64,000 nt of DNA, from assembly GCA_017624905.1 (NCBI GenBank), contig JAGAMD010000008.1:20440-84439 (forward strand), in the 5' to 3' direction. This document shows positions 54,711 through 64,000 of the stretch, in pieces (the first letter of the stretch is position 1; every line of letters begins with the position of its first letter). Position numbers and translations under genes: made by a program. Origin of the DNA: Clostridia bacterium. GTDB taxonomy: Bacteria; Bacillota; Clostridia; Oscillospirales; CAG-272. The notes beneath the pieces are model-generated. The model searched no databases and was not told the origin of the DNA. It saw nothing but the letters and a program-made list of their open reading frames with translations.

Positions 54711-56705
54711 ATGAAAAAATTGATTTTAGCACTCGCTATTACAGTTCTTTTCGTATGTACCTTTTCATTAACAATTAGCGCAGCATCATGCGAACATAGC
54801 TTTGATAGCGAGGAAATAGTAAAGGAACCTACTTGTCAGTCAATAGGCTACACAACCAAGACCTGTACACTTTGCTCAAAAGATGTAATTACAAATAAAA
54901 CAGAAAAAATAGAGCATTCATACATAGATGTATCAAAAGCACTTGATGACACAACAGGTGAGCTTGTAAAGACACAAAAATGTAAATGGTGCGAGACAGA
55001 AAATACAGATAGAATTTCACTTGTAAACAAATGCTATATAGAAGGCTATGAAGATGAAATTTACGATGCGACAATGGAATATTTTTCAATTTCATCCACA
55101 GGTGTTTGTACACCGGCAGACGGAGTGACCTGGAATAAAAATATACTTTATTTCCCTGCATATGTTGAACAAAACGGAACAATAGTTAGGGTTACAACTA
55201 TTCAAGGCTTCAAGAAGATCGGCGGAACACAAAGCATTTCAGAAATTTATGTGCCCGATACGGTAACCTCGTTGCCATATGTTGGTGGCGGTGCTTTTGG
55301 TGATTTGAACTCTCTTAAGGCTATAGTAGTAGGTAAAGGTGTTACAGAAATTCCGCAGGAATGCTTCTCAATTGGTGGTGGATGTTCACTTGAAAAATTT
55401 ATATTTAAGGGCACAATTACTTCTGTTGGACAATACTCATTCCAACAAGTTGGTGTTGCAAGTGGCTTTGATTGGACAGATAGCTCTGTATATGAATTTA
55501 ATACAGCACTAACAAATATAGAAAAATTTGCTTTTATTAAATCAAAAATAATAAGAGCGGTTAATATAGCTCCTAATGCGACATATATCGGTCAACAAGC
55601 ATTTAATGATGCAGACAGTTTACAATATGTATATATATCAGGTGGAACAAAAGAAAATCCTGTTTCCTTGCCAATGGATATATTTAGCACAAACGTTCAA
55701 ACACATATGACAATGGTGATTGACGGTTATGTAGTTTCAGGTGCCAGAGCAGTTATTCAAGCTGGAAAATTAGATATTTATGTAGATTCTGTGGATGTTA
55801 TAAAGACATGGGTTGCATCCGCTGTTGCGGTAGATTCTAATTACAATAATAGATTTTCACTTTGCACGTTTATGATTTGCGCTGAGCAAAAAGCATATCA
55901 GGTTACTAACCGTTCACAAAACTACGATGAAATTGTTGTAACTGAGATTGATGGCTTTAAGCATGCTGACTATACAGACACGATAGTAACCAGCGCACCA
56001 ACCTGTACAGTTGCAGGAAGTAAAAGCATTGTAAATAGATGCTGTGGCATTACCTCTATCGAGGAAATAGAGCCAACAGGACACAACTACGACGGTGGAG
56101 TAATCACACTTGCTTCATCCTGTATGCAATATGGTACACTAACATACACTTGCTTAGAGTGTGATGAAACCCACAATGTAGTAGTTGGATTTGATATTTC
56201 TGTGCACTCATATGATGAAAACGAATATATTGATGTTATCTTTGAAAACTATCTTGACAAGGGCGCAAAGGTATACAGCTGTTTAGATTGTGAGCTGGAG
56301 GTTTTGGAGAACGAGCCGTCATTCCCGGCTATATACACAAGTCGAGGATACTCAGCAGAGGAAGGCGTGACAGGCAATGGCATCGTATTCTCAGTTGAGG
56401 TTGACATGGAAGCAGTCGAAAAATATATTAGCCTTGGTAATAAAATGAATTATGGAATATTTGCATCCGTATCAAGTAAACCGATTGTCGATGCAAACAA
56501 TATCGAAAACGGTTTGATGGGAGATATGACTAATACAAAGTATAATATATTACAAATTAAGGTAACGAATATTTCAGCTGATAAATTAGATACAGCAATT
56601 TATTGCTCGGCGTATGTAATAGCAAACGGCAAGGTTTATTATGTAAACGACAAATCAACAACAGAGGAAGCAATAGCTGTTACCTACAATTCTTTAAAGG
56701 ATTAA
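54711..56705 (+). CDS. Secreted LRR/Cys-module surface protein (664 aa), paralogue of the 13089 product
   Basis: Signal peptide ...SLTISA. Modules CEHSF..EPTCQSIGYTTKTCTLCS...EHSY and HADY..APTCTVAG...CCG...GHNY. LRR_5-like core. Shared C-terminal domain. Starts 13 nt after the oxidoreductase stop (GGGAGA SD). Confidence 0.7.
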   Translation: MKKLILALAITVLFVCTFSLTISAASCEHSFDSEEIVKEPTCQSIGYTTKTCTLCSKDVITNKTEKIEHSYIDVSKALDDTTGELVKTQKCKWCETENTDRISLVNKCYIEGYEDEIYDATMEYFSISSTGVCTPADGVTWNKNILYFPAYVEQNGTIVRVTTIQGFKKIGGTQSISEIYVPDTVTSLPYVGGGAFGDLNSLKAIVVGKGVTEIPQECFSIGGGCSLEKFIFKGTITSVGQYSFQQVGVASGFDWTDSSVYEFNTALTNIEKFAFIKSKIIRAVNIAPNATYIGQQAFNDADSLQYVYISGGTKENPVSLPMDIFSTNVQTHMTMVIDGYVVSGARAVIQAGKLDIYVDSVDVIKTWVASAVAVDSNYNNRFSLCTFMICAEQKAYQVTNRSQNYDEIVVTEIDGFKHADYTDTIVTSAPTCTVAGSKSIVNRCCGITSIEEIEPTGHNYDGGVITLASSCMQYGTLTYTCLECDETHNVVVGFDISVHSYDENEYIDVIFENYLDKGAKVYSCLDCELEVLENEPSFPAIYTSRGYSAEEGVTGNGIVFSVEVDMEAVEKYISLGNKMNYGIFASVSSKPIVDANNIENGLMGDMTNTKYNILQIKVTNISADKLDTAIYCSAYVIANGKVYYVNDKSTTEEAIAVTYNSLKD

Positions 56706-56706
56706 T

Positions 56707-56737
56707 AAAAAAACCGCACCCTGTGTGCGGTTTTTTT
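56707..56737. terminator. Bidirectional terminator
   Basis: CCGCAC/GTGCGG hairpin flanked by A7 and T7. Confidence 0.8.
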
Positions 56738-56748
56738 ATTATATCATA

Positions 56749-57117
56749 TCATCTTTTTGGTTTGCTAGAGGAGAAGAGAGACATAATTAAGCTAAAGCAA
56801 ATAGCGGCGGTAATACCACCGGCAGTTGCTTCAATCCCACCGGTTAAAGCACCAAGCAATCCTTTTTCATCAACGGCTTTTTTTACTCCATTAGCAATAG
56901 CATAACCAAAGCCTGTGAGTGGAGTAGTCGCACCGGCTCCTGCTAACCTAACAAGTGGTTCATAAAGACCTATTGCTGTTAGTACAACGCCAAGTGAGAC
57001 ATATAAAACTAAAATTCTAGCAGGTGAAAGCTTTGTTTTGTCTATTAGCACCTGTGCAACAACACAAAAAGCACCACCTATTATAAACGCCCATAAATAA
57101 TCAAGAAAAATGTCCAT
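56749..57117 (-). CDS. spoVAE: Stage V sporulation protein AE (SpoVAEB-type)
   Basis: ~120-aa membrane protein (AGAGATTPLTGFGYAIANG). Third gene of a spoVAC-AD-AE array. Confidence 0.8.
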   Translation of the reverse strand: MDIFLDYLWAFIIGGAFCVVAQVLIDKTKLSPARILVLYVSLGVVLTAIGLYEPLVRLAGAGATTPLTGFGYAIANGVKKAVDEKGLLGALTGGIEATAGGITAAICFSLIMSLFSSSKPKR

Positions 57118-57128
57118 ATAAGCACTCC

Positions 57129-58127
57129 TTAATTACAAGATTTTAGTCTAACAAGGTGAGCAATAGCAGGGATTGAGCCACCTTGAAACAAGCTCATAGG
57201 AGACATAAGAGCACCGGTGCCTAAAAACAGAACATCATTAATAACACCTTTTTCAAGATTAGGTATAATATCAGATGCCATAACAACAGCACTACATCCA
57301 CAGCCTGAGCCACCTGCGTGTACATCTTGCCCCATTCTATCAAAAATCATAAGCCCACAGTCTATATGATTTTTTCTAATATCAATGCCATCCTTAAGTA
57401 GTAAATCCTTAAGAATTTCACTCCCCTCAAATCCTAAATCTCCGGTTATAATTAAATCAAAATCCTCAGGGGCGTGTCTAGTTTCGAGAAAATATCTCTT
57501 TATAGTGTTTATGGCTGCAGGAGCCATAGCGGCACCCATATTGGTAATATCCTTTATACCTTTGTCAACAACCTTACCAATAAGAGCCTCGCTTATTTCA
57601 ACCTTTCCCTCATTTCCTATAATAAACGCACCGGCACCTGTAGTTGTCCACTGAGCGGTTGGCGTTCTTTGACCACCATATTCAAGAGGAAATCTAAACT
57701 GTCTTTCGGCTGAGCAGTAGTGTGAAGAGGTTACAACAGCACAAGAATTAATTATTCCACCACCATATAGGCAGGAGCCAATCAAAAGTCCCTCCGAGCA
57801 GGTAGAACAAGCACCATATAAGCCTAAATAGCCGACATCAAAATTTGACAGCCCATAGTTAGAGCCGATACATTGATTAAGCAAATCTCCGGCTAATAAA
57901 GCGTCAAGCTCGGTATCTATAAAACCGCTTTTTTTCAAAGCTCCTGACAAAGCTCTTTTCTGCATTTCGCTTTCAGCCTTTTCCCACGAGTCCTTGCCGA
58001 ATTTGTCATCAGAGCAATATTCATCAAACAGGTTACCCAAAGGTCCGTCATATTCTTTTTTACCAACTACGCTGTAGGTTGATACTATTTTTGGTTTTCT
58101 TGTCAGTTCAATAACGCTTTTTTTCAT
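57129..58127 (-). CDS. spoVAD: Stage V sporulation protein AD
   Basis: Thiolase-like SpoVAD (GDLLNQC, GACST...). Start moved to MKKSVIEL (GGGGG SD), 1 nt after the spoVAC stop. Confidence 0.88.
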   Translation of the reverse strand: MKKSVIELTRKPKIVSTYSVVGKKEYDGPLGNLFDEYCSDDKFGKDSWEKAESEMQKRALSGALKKSGFIDTELDALLAGDLLNQCIGSNYGLSNFDVGYLGLYGACSTCSEGLLIGSCLYGGGIINSCAVVTSSHYCSAERQFRFPLEYGGQRTPTAQWTTTGAGAFIIGNEGKVEISEALIGKVVDKGIKDITNMGAAMAPAAINTIKRYFLETRHAPEDFDLIITGDLGFEGSEILKDLLLKDGIDIRKNHIDCGLMIFDRMGQDVHAGGSGCGCSAVVMASDIIPNLEKGVINDVLFLGTGALMSPMSLFQGGSIPAIAHLVRLKSCN

Positions 58128-58128
58128 T

Positions 58129-58569
58129 TTACCCCCAAACAGTGGCAATGTAGTAAATTACACCATAGATTGCACCGGTAAGCGTTCCATAGAGAATAAC
58201 AGGACCGGCTATAGTAAATATCTTGGCACCTACGCCGATTATTAATCCTTCACTCTTTGTATCAATAGCCTGTGAGCAAACAGCGTTTGCAAATCCGGTG
58301 ATAGGCACTAAGGTTCCGGCTCCTGCGTGCTTGGCGATTTTATCAAAAATACCAAATGCAGTAAGTAAGCAAGCTATAAAAATCAAGGTTACAGAGACAA
58401 GTGTTCTAGCATCCGGCTCTTCTATGCCCAAAAATGTGTATAAATGGAAAAATCCTTGACCAAGTGTGCAAATTAAACCACCAATTAAAAAAGCAAAAAT
58501 GCAATTTTTTACAATAGGAGACTTTTTTGCTCGTTTTTCAACATATTCGTTGTATTCCTTTTCGTTCAT
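58129..58569 (-). CDS. spoVAC: Stage V sporulation protein AC
   Basis: ~146-aa 4-TM protein with AGAGTLVPITGFANAV. Confidence 0.88.
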   Translation of the reverse strand: MNEKEYNEYVEKRAKKSPIVKNCIFAFLIGGLICTLGQGFFHLYTFLGIEEPDARTLVSVTLIFIACLLTAFGIFDKIAKHAGAGTLVPITGFANAVCSQAIDTKSEGLIIGVGAKIFTIAGPVILYGTLTGAIYGVIYYIATVWG

Positions 58570-58594
58570 AGTTCCTCCAAGCTTTTTATATGTT

Positions 58595-58623
58595 TAATTT
58601 GTGACAAAATAATTAAATTATAC
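58595..58623 (-). promoter_or_regulatory. Forespore (sigma-G/F-type) promoter candidate for the spoVA operon
   Basis: Minus strand: GTATA (58623-58619), 17 nt, CAAATTA (58601-58595). This matches GHATR-N17/18-CAHWHTA. spoVA is sigma-G dependent in Bacillus subtilis. Confidence 0.35.
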
Positions 58624-58630
58624 AAAGATG

Positions 58631-58659
58631 TTGACAAAAAAAATTATTTGTTGTAAAAT
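58631..58659 (+). promoter_or_regulatory. Sigma-A promoter of the MscS gene
   Basis: TTGACA (58631-58636), 17 nt, TAAAAT (58654-58659). A perfect 16-bp palindrome GCTTTATTAATAAAGC lies in the leader. Confidence 0.45.
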
Positions 58660-58712
58660 ATTTAGTATAAGAAAATGCTTTATTAATAAAGCAAAAGAAA
58701 AAGGAGAAAAAA

Positions 58713-59543
58713 ATGCTTTTATTTGCAGGAATCAGCTGGGATGATGTTAGTGCTTTCCTTAAGGATTATAATGTGCCAAACATCGCATTTAGGATTTTAC
58801 TTGCATTAGCAATTTTAATTATTGGTTGCTTTATTGTTAAGAAAATCGTTAAAAATATTGAAAATGGTAAGCTTTTCAAAAGAGTAAACAAAACAGTTAG
58901 ACTCTTTTTAAGACACCTACTGGCAGTTGTGCTTTATGCAGTGATTGCAGTAGCAATTATTTCTGTTCTGGGCTTTGATATGTCAGCACTTTCAGCAGTT
59001 ATTGCTTCCTGTGGCTTGACCATTGGTCTTGCTTTGCAGGGTGGACTTGCTAATATCGCTGGTGGTATTATGCTTGTTATCTTTAAGCCATTTGAAATCG
59101 GGGATTATGTTGAAAGCTCCGGTGTTAGCGGCACAGTAGTTGATATCGGCTTGTTCTATTCAACACTTACAACACCTGATAATAAAAAGGTTGTTGTTCC
59201 TAACGGCACTATTTCAAACAATGTAATTATAAACTACTCAACACACGAAACCAGAAGAATTGATTTTGATTTCCAAATTGCATACTCAGCAGATATTAAT
59301 ACAGCAAAGAAGGTTCTTTATGCTTGTGCTAAGGCGGATGAAAAGATTCTTCAAGACCCTCAACCGGCAGTTATGATAGCTTCACATAACGATAGTAGCG
59401 TAACTATTAGACTAAGAGTTTGGGTTAAAAACGAGGATTATTGGGATGTTTACTTCCCGATGTATGAGCAGGTTAAGAATAGCTTTGAAGAATACGGAGT
59501 TGAAATTCCTTATCCACACCTCAACATTTCAATCGAAAAATAA
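58713..59543 (+). CDS. mscS: Small-conductance mechanosensitive channel (MscS family)
   Basis: Three TM helices plus a beta-domain (FKPFEIGDYVESSGVSGTVVDIGLFYSTLTTPDNKKVVVPNG). Confidence 0.85.
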   Translation: MLLFAGISWDDVSAFLKDYNVPNIAFRILLALAILIIGCFIVKKIVKNIENGKLFKRVNKTVRLFLRHLLAVVLYAVIAVAIISVLGFDMSALSAVIASCGLTIGLALQGGLANIAGGIMLVIFKPFEIGDYVESSGVSGTVVDIGLFYSTLTTPDNKKVVVPNGTISNNVIINYSTHETRRIDFDFQIAYSADINTAKKVLYACAKADEKILQDPQPAVMIASHNDSSVTIRLRVWVKNEDYWDVYFPMYEQVKNSFEEYGVEIPYPHLNISIEK

Positions 59544-59545
59544 AA

Positions 59546-59578
59546 ATAAAAGCTGTTGCAATCGCAACAGCTTTTTTC
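59546..59578. terminator. Bidirectional terminator
   Basis: AGCTGTTGC/GCAACAGCT hairpin followed by T6. Confidence 0.8.
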
Positions 59579-59596
59579 TTTGACCATGTGTCTAAA

Positions 59597-62008
59597 TTAC
59601 ACTCTTGTAAGAACTATTTCATCATCGTCGCTTTTAACCAAAACAGAGCTTCCCTCGTTGATTTCATTATCTAAAATCTTTTTTGATAGTGGGTTTTCAA
59701 TAAGCGACATTATAGTGCGTCTGAGCGGACGTGCACCATATATTTTGTCGTAGCTTTTATTTGCTAACAATTCAATAGCTGAAGGCTCAAATTCAAGCTT
59801 AATACCAATACCCTTTGCAAGCCCCTTAACCTCACTTAGCATATTTTTACATATTATTTTGATGTTCTCAATATCTAGTTGATTAAAAATTACTATTTCA
59901 TCAAGACGATTTAAAAACTCAGGATTAAATTCGGTTTTTAAAGCATTGTTTATTTTTAACTTAATGTTTTCATATTCAAGCTCTTTTGATTTATTTTCAC
60001 TGAAACCGAGATTTTTGGGTTCGGTAATGTTTTTTGCACCGATATTTGAGGTGAGTATCATAATAGTATTTTTGAAATTAACTACTCGTCCTTGAGAATC
60101 GGTTAAAATTCCATCCTCTAAAATTTGCAAAAGAATATTGTATATATCCGGATGCGCCTTTTCTATTTCGTCAAAAAGTACAACAGAGTAGGGATTTAAC
60201 CTAACTAACGAGGTTAATCGTCCCCCCTCATCAAAGCCTACATAACCGGGAGGAGAACCAATAAGCTTAGAAACGGAATGCTTTTCCATATATTCTGACA
60301 TATCAAGTCTAATAAAGCTCTTTGAAGAACCAAAAACATGCTTTGCGATGCTCTTGGCAAGTTCGGTTTTGCCAACACCCGTTGGACCTAAAAACAGGAA
60401 AGAACCCAGAGGTCTCATAGGATTTTTTAGTCCAACTCTGCCACGTCTAATACAATCACAAACTGCGGAAATTGCTTCTTCTTGACCTATTACATCACTT
60501 GATAGCTTTTCTTCGAGGCCCAAAAGCTCCTTGCTTTCCGTTTTATTAGCCTTTGATACGGGGACTCCGGTCCAAAGGGTAACAATATCGGCAATATCAT
60601 TTTCACAAATTCTAATATCTGCATGAGACAGTAGCTTATCACGTTTTTCTTTTTCCTTGCTGTATAGCCTTTTATAGCTAATTTCATCATCACGGATTTT
60701 TGATGCCAGCTCAAAGTTTTGAGATAAAATAGCATTTTCCTTTTTCTCTGATAAATCCTTAATTTTAGCCTCATACTCTCGGAGCTTAGGGCTTTTATAT
60801 AAATGCTTCATTTTTGCACGAGAGCAAGCCTCATCAATCAAATCAATAGCTTTATCGGGGAAAAATCTATCATTGATATATCGTTTGGATAAATAAACGG
60901 CTTGATTTATTGCATCATTTGATATTTTTACATTGTGAAATTCCTCATATCGACCTTTCAACCCTTGTAAAATCTTTATAGTGTCCTCAACACTTGGCTC
61001 TTCAATCATAATAGGTTGGAAACGTCTTTCAAGAGCAGAGTCCTTTTCAATATGCTTTCTGTATTCTGTAATGGTTGTAGCACCTATTAGCTGAATTTCT
61101 CCTCGTGCAAGAGCGGGTTTGATAATGTTTGCTGCATCAACCGCTCCCTCCGCAGCACCCGCACCTATTATTGTGTGTAGCTCGTCAATAAAAAGAATAA
61201 TTGAGGGATTACTTTTAACCTCATTTATTACCGACCTTAATCGCTCCTCAAATTCGCCACGATATTTAGCTCCTGCAATCATTGAGGAAAGGTCAAGCGT
61301 TAATATCGTTTTTCCATAAAGAGTTCGCGGAACCTCACCACGATTGATTTTTGTCGCAAGACCTTCAACAATCGCAGTTTTTCCAACACCCGGCTCACCT
61401 ATCAAGCAAGGATTGTTTTTTGTTCTGCGAGAAAGTATTTGAATTAGACGTGAGATTTCCTTTTCACGAGCAAATAGAGGATCAAACCTCCCTTCCTTGT
61501 CGAGTTGATTTAAGTTTTTGCCATAATTTGCGAGAACACCTGTTAATCCTCGTCCCTTATCTTGCTTTTCGTCGATGTTAAAAGTGTCAAGAAATGAGCC
61601 TATTTCACCTCTTATAATTTGCAAATTTATTTCCAAGGAAATAAGCAGCTTAGCAGCATATGAATCACCTTGCTCACAAATAGAGTATAGTAAATGCTCA
61701 CTACCTATAAATTTTCCACCAAATCTTTTGGCAACAATTGAAGCACCCTCTATAACCCTTTTGCATTTTGGTGTTAGATCATCAACCAGAGTCTTTTCAT
61801 ATTCTTGCATAGAGCTTTTGCCAAGCTTACTTAATACGTCTTGATAATATACCTTTTTTTCGTTGAGAATCTTACATCCAACGCAATCGGTTGATAAAAT
61901 ACCAAGTAGTAAGTGTTCTGTACCTATGTAGGAATGTCCAAGCTCATTTGCTATCTTTTTTGATTCTCCCAAAACTAATTGGGCCTTTTTTGTAAAGCGA
62001 TTAATCAT
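59597..62008 (-). CDS. clpC: ATP-dependent Clp protease ATP-binding subunit ClpC (class I AAA+)
   Basis: Clp_N repeats and two AAA+ modules (GEPGVGKT and GPTGVGKT). ~800 aa. Confidence 0.85.
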   Translation of the reverse strand: MINRFTKKAQLVLGESKKIANELGHSYIGTEHLLLGILSTDCVGCKILNEKKVYYQDVLSKLGKSSMQEYEKTLVDDLTPKCKRVIEGASIVAKRFGGKFIGSEHLLYSICEQGDSYAAKLLISLEINLQIIRGEIGSFLDTFNIDEKQDKGRGLTGVLANYGKNLNQLDKEGRFDPLFAREKEISRLIQILSRRTKNNPCLIGEPGVGKTAIVEGLATKINRGEVPRTLYGKTILTLDLSSMIAGAKYRGEFEERLRSVINEVKSNPSIILFIDELHTIIGAGAAEGAVDAANIIKPALARGEIQLIGATTITEYRKHIEKDSALERRFQPIMIEEPSVEDTIKILQGLKGRYEEFHNVKISNDAINQAVYLSKRYINDRFFPDKAIDLIDEACSRAKMKHLYKSPKLREYEAKIKDLSEKKENAILSQNFELASKIRDDEISYKRLYSKEKEKRDKLLSHADIRICENDIADIVTLWTGVPVSKANKTESKELLGLEEKLSSDVIGQEEAISAVCDCIRRGRVGLKNPMRPLGSFLFLGPTGVGKTELAKSIAKHVFGSSKSFIRLDMSEYMEKHSVSKLIGSPPGYVGFDEGGRLTSLVRLNPYSVVLFDEIEKAHPDIYNILLQILEDGILTDSQGRVVNFKNTIMILTSNIGAKNITEPKNLGFSENKSKELEYENIKLKINNALKTEFNPEFLNRLDEIVIFNQLDIENIKIICKNMLSEVKGLAKGIGIKLEFEPSAIELLANKSYDKIYGARPLRRTIMSLIENPLSKKILDNEINEGSSVLVKSDDDEIVLTRV

Positions 62009-62062
62009 TTAAAAACCTCATCAAATATTTTTACATATTATTGACACAAAAAAGGAAAAAAA

Positions 62063-62593
62063 TCAAAATAGTCGAGAATTTATTCTTTCATATTCATCTG
62101 CGAGTAGATTAAAGGTATTTGCATCAATTGCTTGGCTTTGGTCATTTAGCGATTTCATTTGTAACATTTTAATTGCATTTTGAGTAGGTTGGTCGTAAAT
62201 CCCGGTAAATTCAATCATCTCAAAGCCATCATGCTCAGCTAAAATTTCGTTTAACATATGCTGAACTATATAAACTATATTGTCTCGACTGTTAGGCAAA
62301 ATCTCATATTTTTCATACATAGGGAAAATATGAACGGCTCTTGCTATACGAGTAGCATCTCGTCTTGCTTCATCGATTGAATGGAGCAAATCCCAAGTTT
62401 CTTTATCGACTACACCGGTAGGATTGAGACCATATTTTTTTTGAAAATCCTCTACTAATCGTCTGGTATCATCGCCATAAACACCATCAGGCTTAACTCT
62501 TGCAACACCATTTTCAAAATAATCCAAATCACGCAATATTCTTTGCACCTGTAATGTTGGATTTTCACTGTTGTTTATATCATAATAGCTCAT
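62063..62593 (-). CDS. Small protein with one PG_binding_1 domain
   Basis: VQRILRDL...DGVYGDDTRRLVEDFQKKYGLNPTGVVDKETWDLL. It lies immediately downstream of the SleC-like gene. Confidence 0.6.
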   Translation of the reverse strand: MSYYDINNSENPTLQVQRILRDLDYFENGVARVKPDGVYGDDTRRLVEDFQKKYGLNPTGVVDKETWDLLHSIDEARRDATRIARAVHIFPMYEKYEILPNSRDNIVYIVQHMLNEILAEHDGFEMIEFTGIYDQPTQNAIKMLQMKSLNDQSQAIDANTFNLLADEYERINSRLF

Positions 62594-62596
62594 ACT

Positions 62597-63991
62597 TCAC
62601 CTCAACTCGGAGCCCGGGAATTGACCGCCACTAGCTCTTTGACCATCATATAAATCTCTGTAGGTCGATGTAATTTGCTCCCAAACAGAAGCTGAAACGA
62701 TTGGTGTTGGATCAAGCCCAAAAATTGTTTTATATGCTACCACCGCAGCTTGTGTGGCAACGCCAAAGATACCATCCACCTCAACTTTGGGTATTTGAGT
62801 GTAAGTATTAGAAATGTAGTTTAAGTATTCTTGTAATGCACGTACATCATCGCCGCTTACACCAAGACGCAAAACTCTGCCACCATATGGCAAGGTTGTG
62901 CTATTAAAATATCCCTCAGGTAGAGATTCTAAAATGCCTACGTATTCTCTGTATAATCTGTCCCAGTCATCAATATTTACAATGCCATCAACACTTAATC
63001 CATACGCACGTTGAAAAGCCTCAAGAGAGCTTCTTGTGCCTTCGCCAAAAATACCATCAATGCTAGGTGGAGATATTTCGTTATTATATTCTGCAATTAA
63101 AGCAAGTAAGTATTGCAACTCAAAAACCTCGCTACCTGTATCTCCTATAGAGAGAGTAGTGTTAAATATGCCGGATACCTCTTCACGACTTAATCCCTCA
63201 GAGGCCAAATCATTAAGACGCTTTACAGCGCTATATGTTCTTTGAATTGCATACCAAGTGTCTTTGCCAACAAGTCCATCCTCGGTTAAATCAAAGGCTC
63301 TTTGAAAGGCCCTAACGGCATCCTCGGTGCTTTTGTCGAAAATGCCACTGACTGTATTTATTTTAGGAATAGCAGAAAAATTTTTAGATATTCTGTTTAA
63401 TCTGATTTGTATTTGCTGTACGGAATTGCCAATATCGCCAAATCCAAGAGTGCGACCATCCCATGTCGATATTCTGTCGCCTATTGGTGCGTTTGTAACA
63501 ATATTAATATCATCACCATAGAATCTTTGTAATATTTCATAAGGTGTTAATCCTTGCTCAGCAAGAGCAACGGTATCCCATTGCTGTAGACCTTGGCAAG
63601 TAATCTCACGTCCATCACAGTATGCTGTGAAATAAGGCTCAACGCTATTTCCTAAAACAATATAATCATTAAAGATTTCATCAACGATTTGAGATATATT
63701 TTCAAATATTTCTCTGCCGTTTATAAATGATTGGTCAATTCCTATCGAGTTTGTGATATCAAAATCATATCCACGTGAACGATAATAATCGGTGAAAATT
63801 CTGTTTAAAGCAAAAGAAATCTGTGCGTAAATATTAGCTCTTATTGCGTTTTCCGGCCAGGTAGGAAATATTTCACTTGATGCAACATTTTTTATGTAGT
63901 CAATAAATGGGATTGTAACATTAGGTGCATCTGAGTCTGGCGGGCCCAGATGAACAGTTATATAGCTGGGTATAACAGGTAAAACAGGCAT
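62597..63991 (-). CDS. SleC-like spore cortex-lytic enzyme core with three PG_binding_1 repeats and no N-terminal pro-region
   Basis: The N-terminus ITVHLGPPDSDAPNVTIPFIDYIKNVASSEIFPTWPENAIRANIYAQISFALNRIFTDYYRSRGYDFDITNS resembles the clostridial SleC catalytic region as I recall it. Three ...DGIFG....A...FQ...GL..DG.V repeats. GGAG SD. Confidence 0.6.
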   Translation of the reverse strand: MPVLPVIPSYITVHLGPPDSDAPNVTIPFIDYIKNVASSEIFPTWPENAIRANIYAQISFALNRIFTDYYRSRGYDFDITNSIGIDQSFINGREIFENISQIVDEIFNDYIVLGNSVEPYFTAYCDGREITCQGLQQWDTVALAEQGLTPYEILQRFYGDDINIVTNAPIGDRISTWDGRTLGFGDIGNSVQQIQIRLNRISKNFSAIPKINTVSGIFDKSTEDAVRAFQRAFDLTEDGLVGKDTWYAIQRTYSAVKRLNDLASEGLSREEVSGIFNTTLSIGDTGSEVFELQYLLALIAEYNNEISPPSIDGIFGEGTRSSLEAFQRAYGLSVDGIVNIDDWDRLYREYVGILESLPEGYFNSTTLPYGGRVLRLGVSGDDVRALQEYLNYISNTYTQIPKVEVDGIFGVATQAAVVAYKTIFGLDPTPIVSASVWEQITSTYRDLYDGQRASGGQFPGSELR

Positions 63992-64000
63992 ATTATCTCC

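Noticed and set aside
1-64000. A scan for CRISPR arrays, rRNA, IS elements or transposases, and recognisable defence or toxin-antitoxin modules.
   Set aside because: I saw no regularly spaced direct repeats, no rRNA-like segments and no transposase-like ORFs. The only AbrB/MazE-fold protein (39594-39839) has no adjacent toxin gene and matches the AbrB regulator instead.

Overview
This is a chromosomal segment from a low-GC, endospore-forming Clostridia-type Firmicute.

**Core content**
- Housekeeping genes: lepA-hemW, pyk, rnj, pepP-efp, clpC, tcdA, dat, and a heterodimeric ABC exporter.
- Sporulation and germination genes: spmAB, a spoVB-like flippase, spoVAC-AD-AE, SleB-type and SleC-like lytic enzymes, and AbrB.
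- Glycan-foraging enzymes: a GH95 fucosidase, a GH38 mannosidase, and a GH39-like enzyme next to two uncharacterised (alpha/alpha)6-like proteins.
- The left edge (1-2353) is the end of an integrated element (SWIM protein, ImmA, tyrosine integrase) abutting tRNA-Ser(GGA).
- I saw no CRISPR array, rRNA, transposase or recognisable defence system.

**Most interesting observations**
1. An ORF-less minus-strand transcription unit at 35662-35843 has a near-consensus promoter, a long hairpin and an intrinsic terminator. It lies between an orphan LytTR two-component system and rnj. The predicted RNA is complementary to the efp 5' leader over a 15-nt exact match and over the efp Shine-Dalgarno region.
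2. Four secreted or lipoprotein paralogues share H/Cys4/H modules. Three of them also share a previously unnamed C-terminal domain. One gene sits behind a T16 tract fused to a consensus promoter, and one is divergent from the LytTR system across a repeat-dense 402-bp region.
3. A GDPD gene with a strong SD and ATG is interrupted by an in-frame TAA at codon 9, ahead of the catalytic HRG motif.
4. A Cys/Asp-repeat protein is co-transcribed with efp.
5. A SleC-like cortex hydrolase lacks a pro-region and carries three PG-binding repeats.

All functional calls come from motifs read in the supplied translations. No database search was possible.
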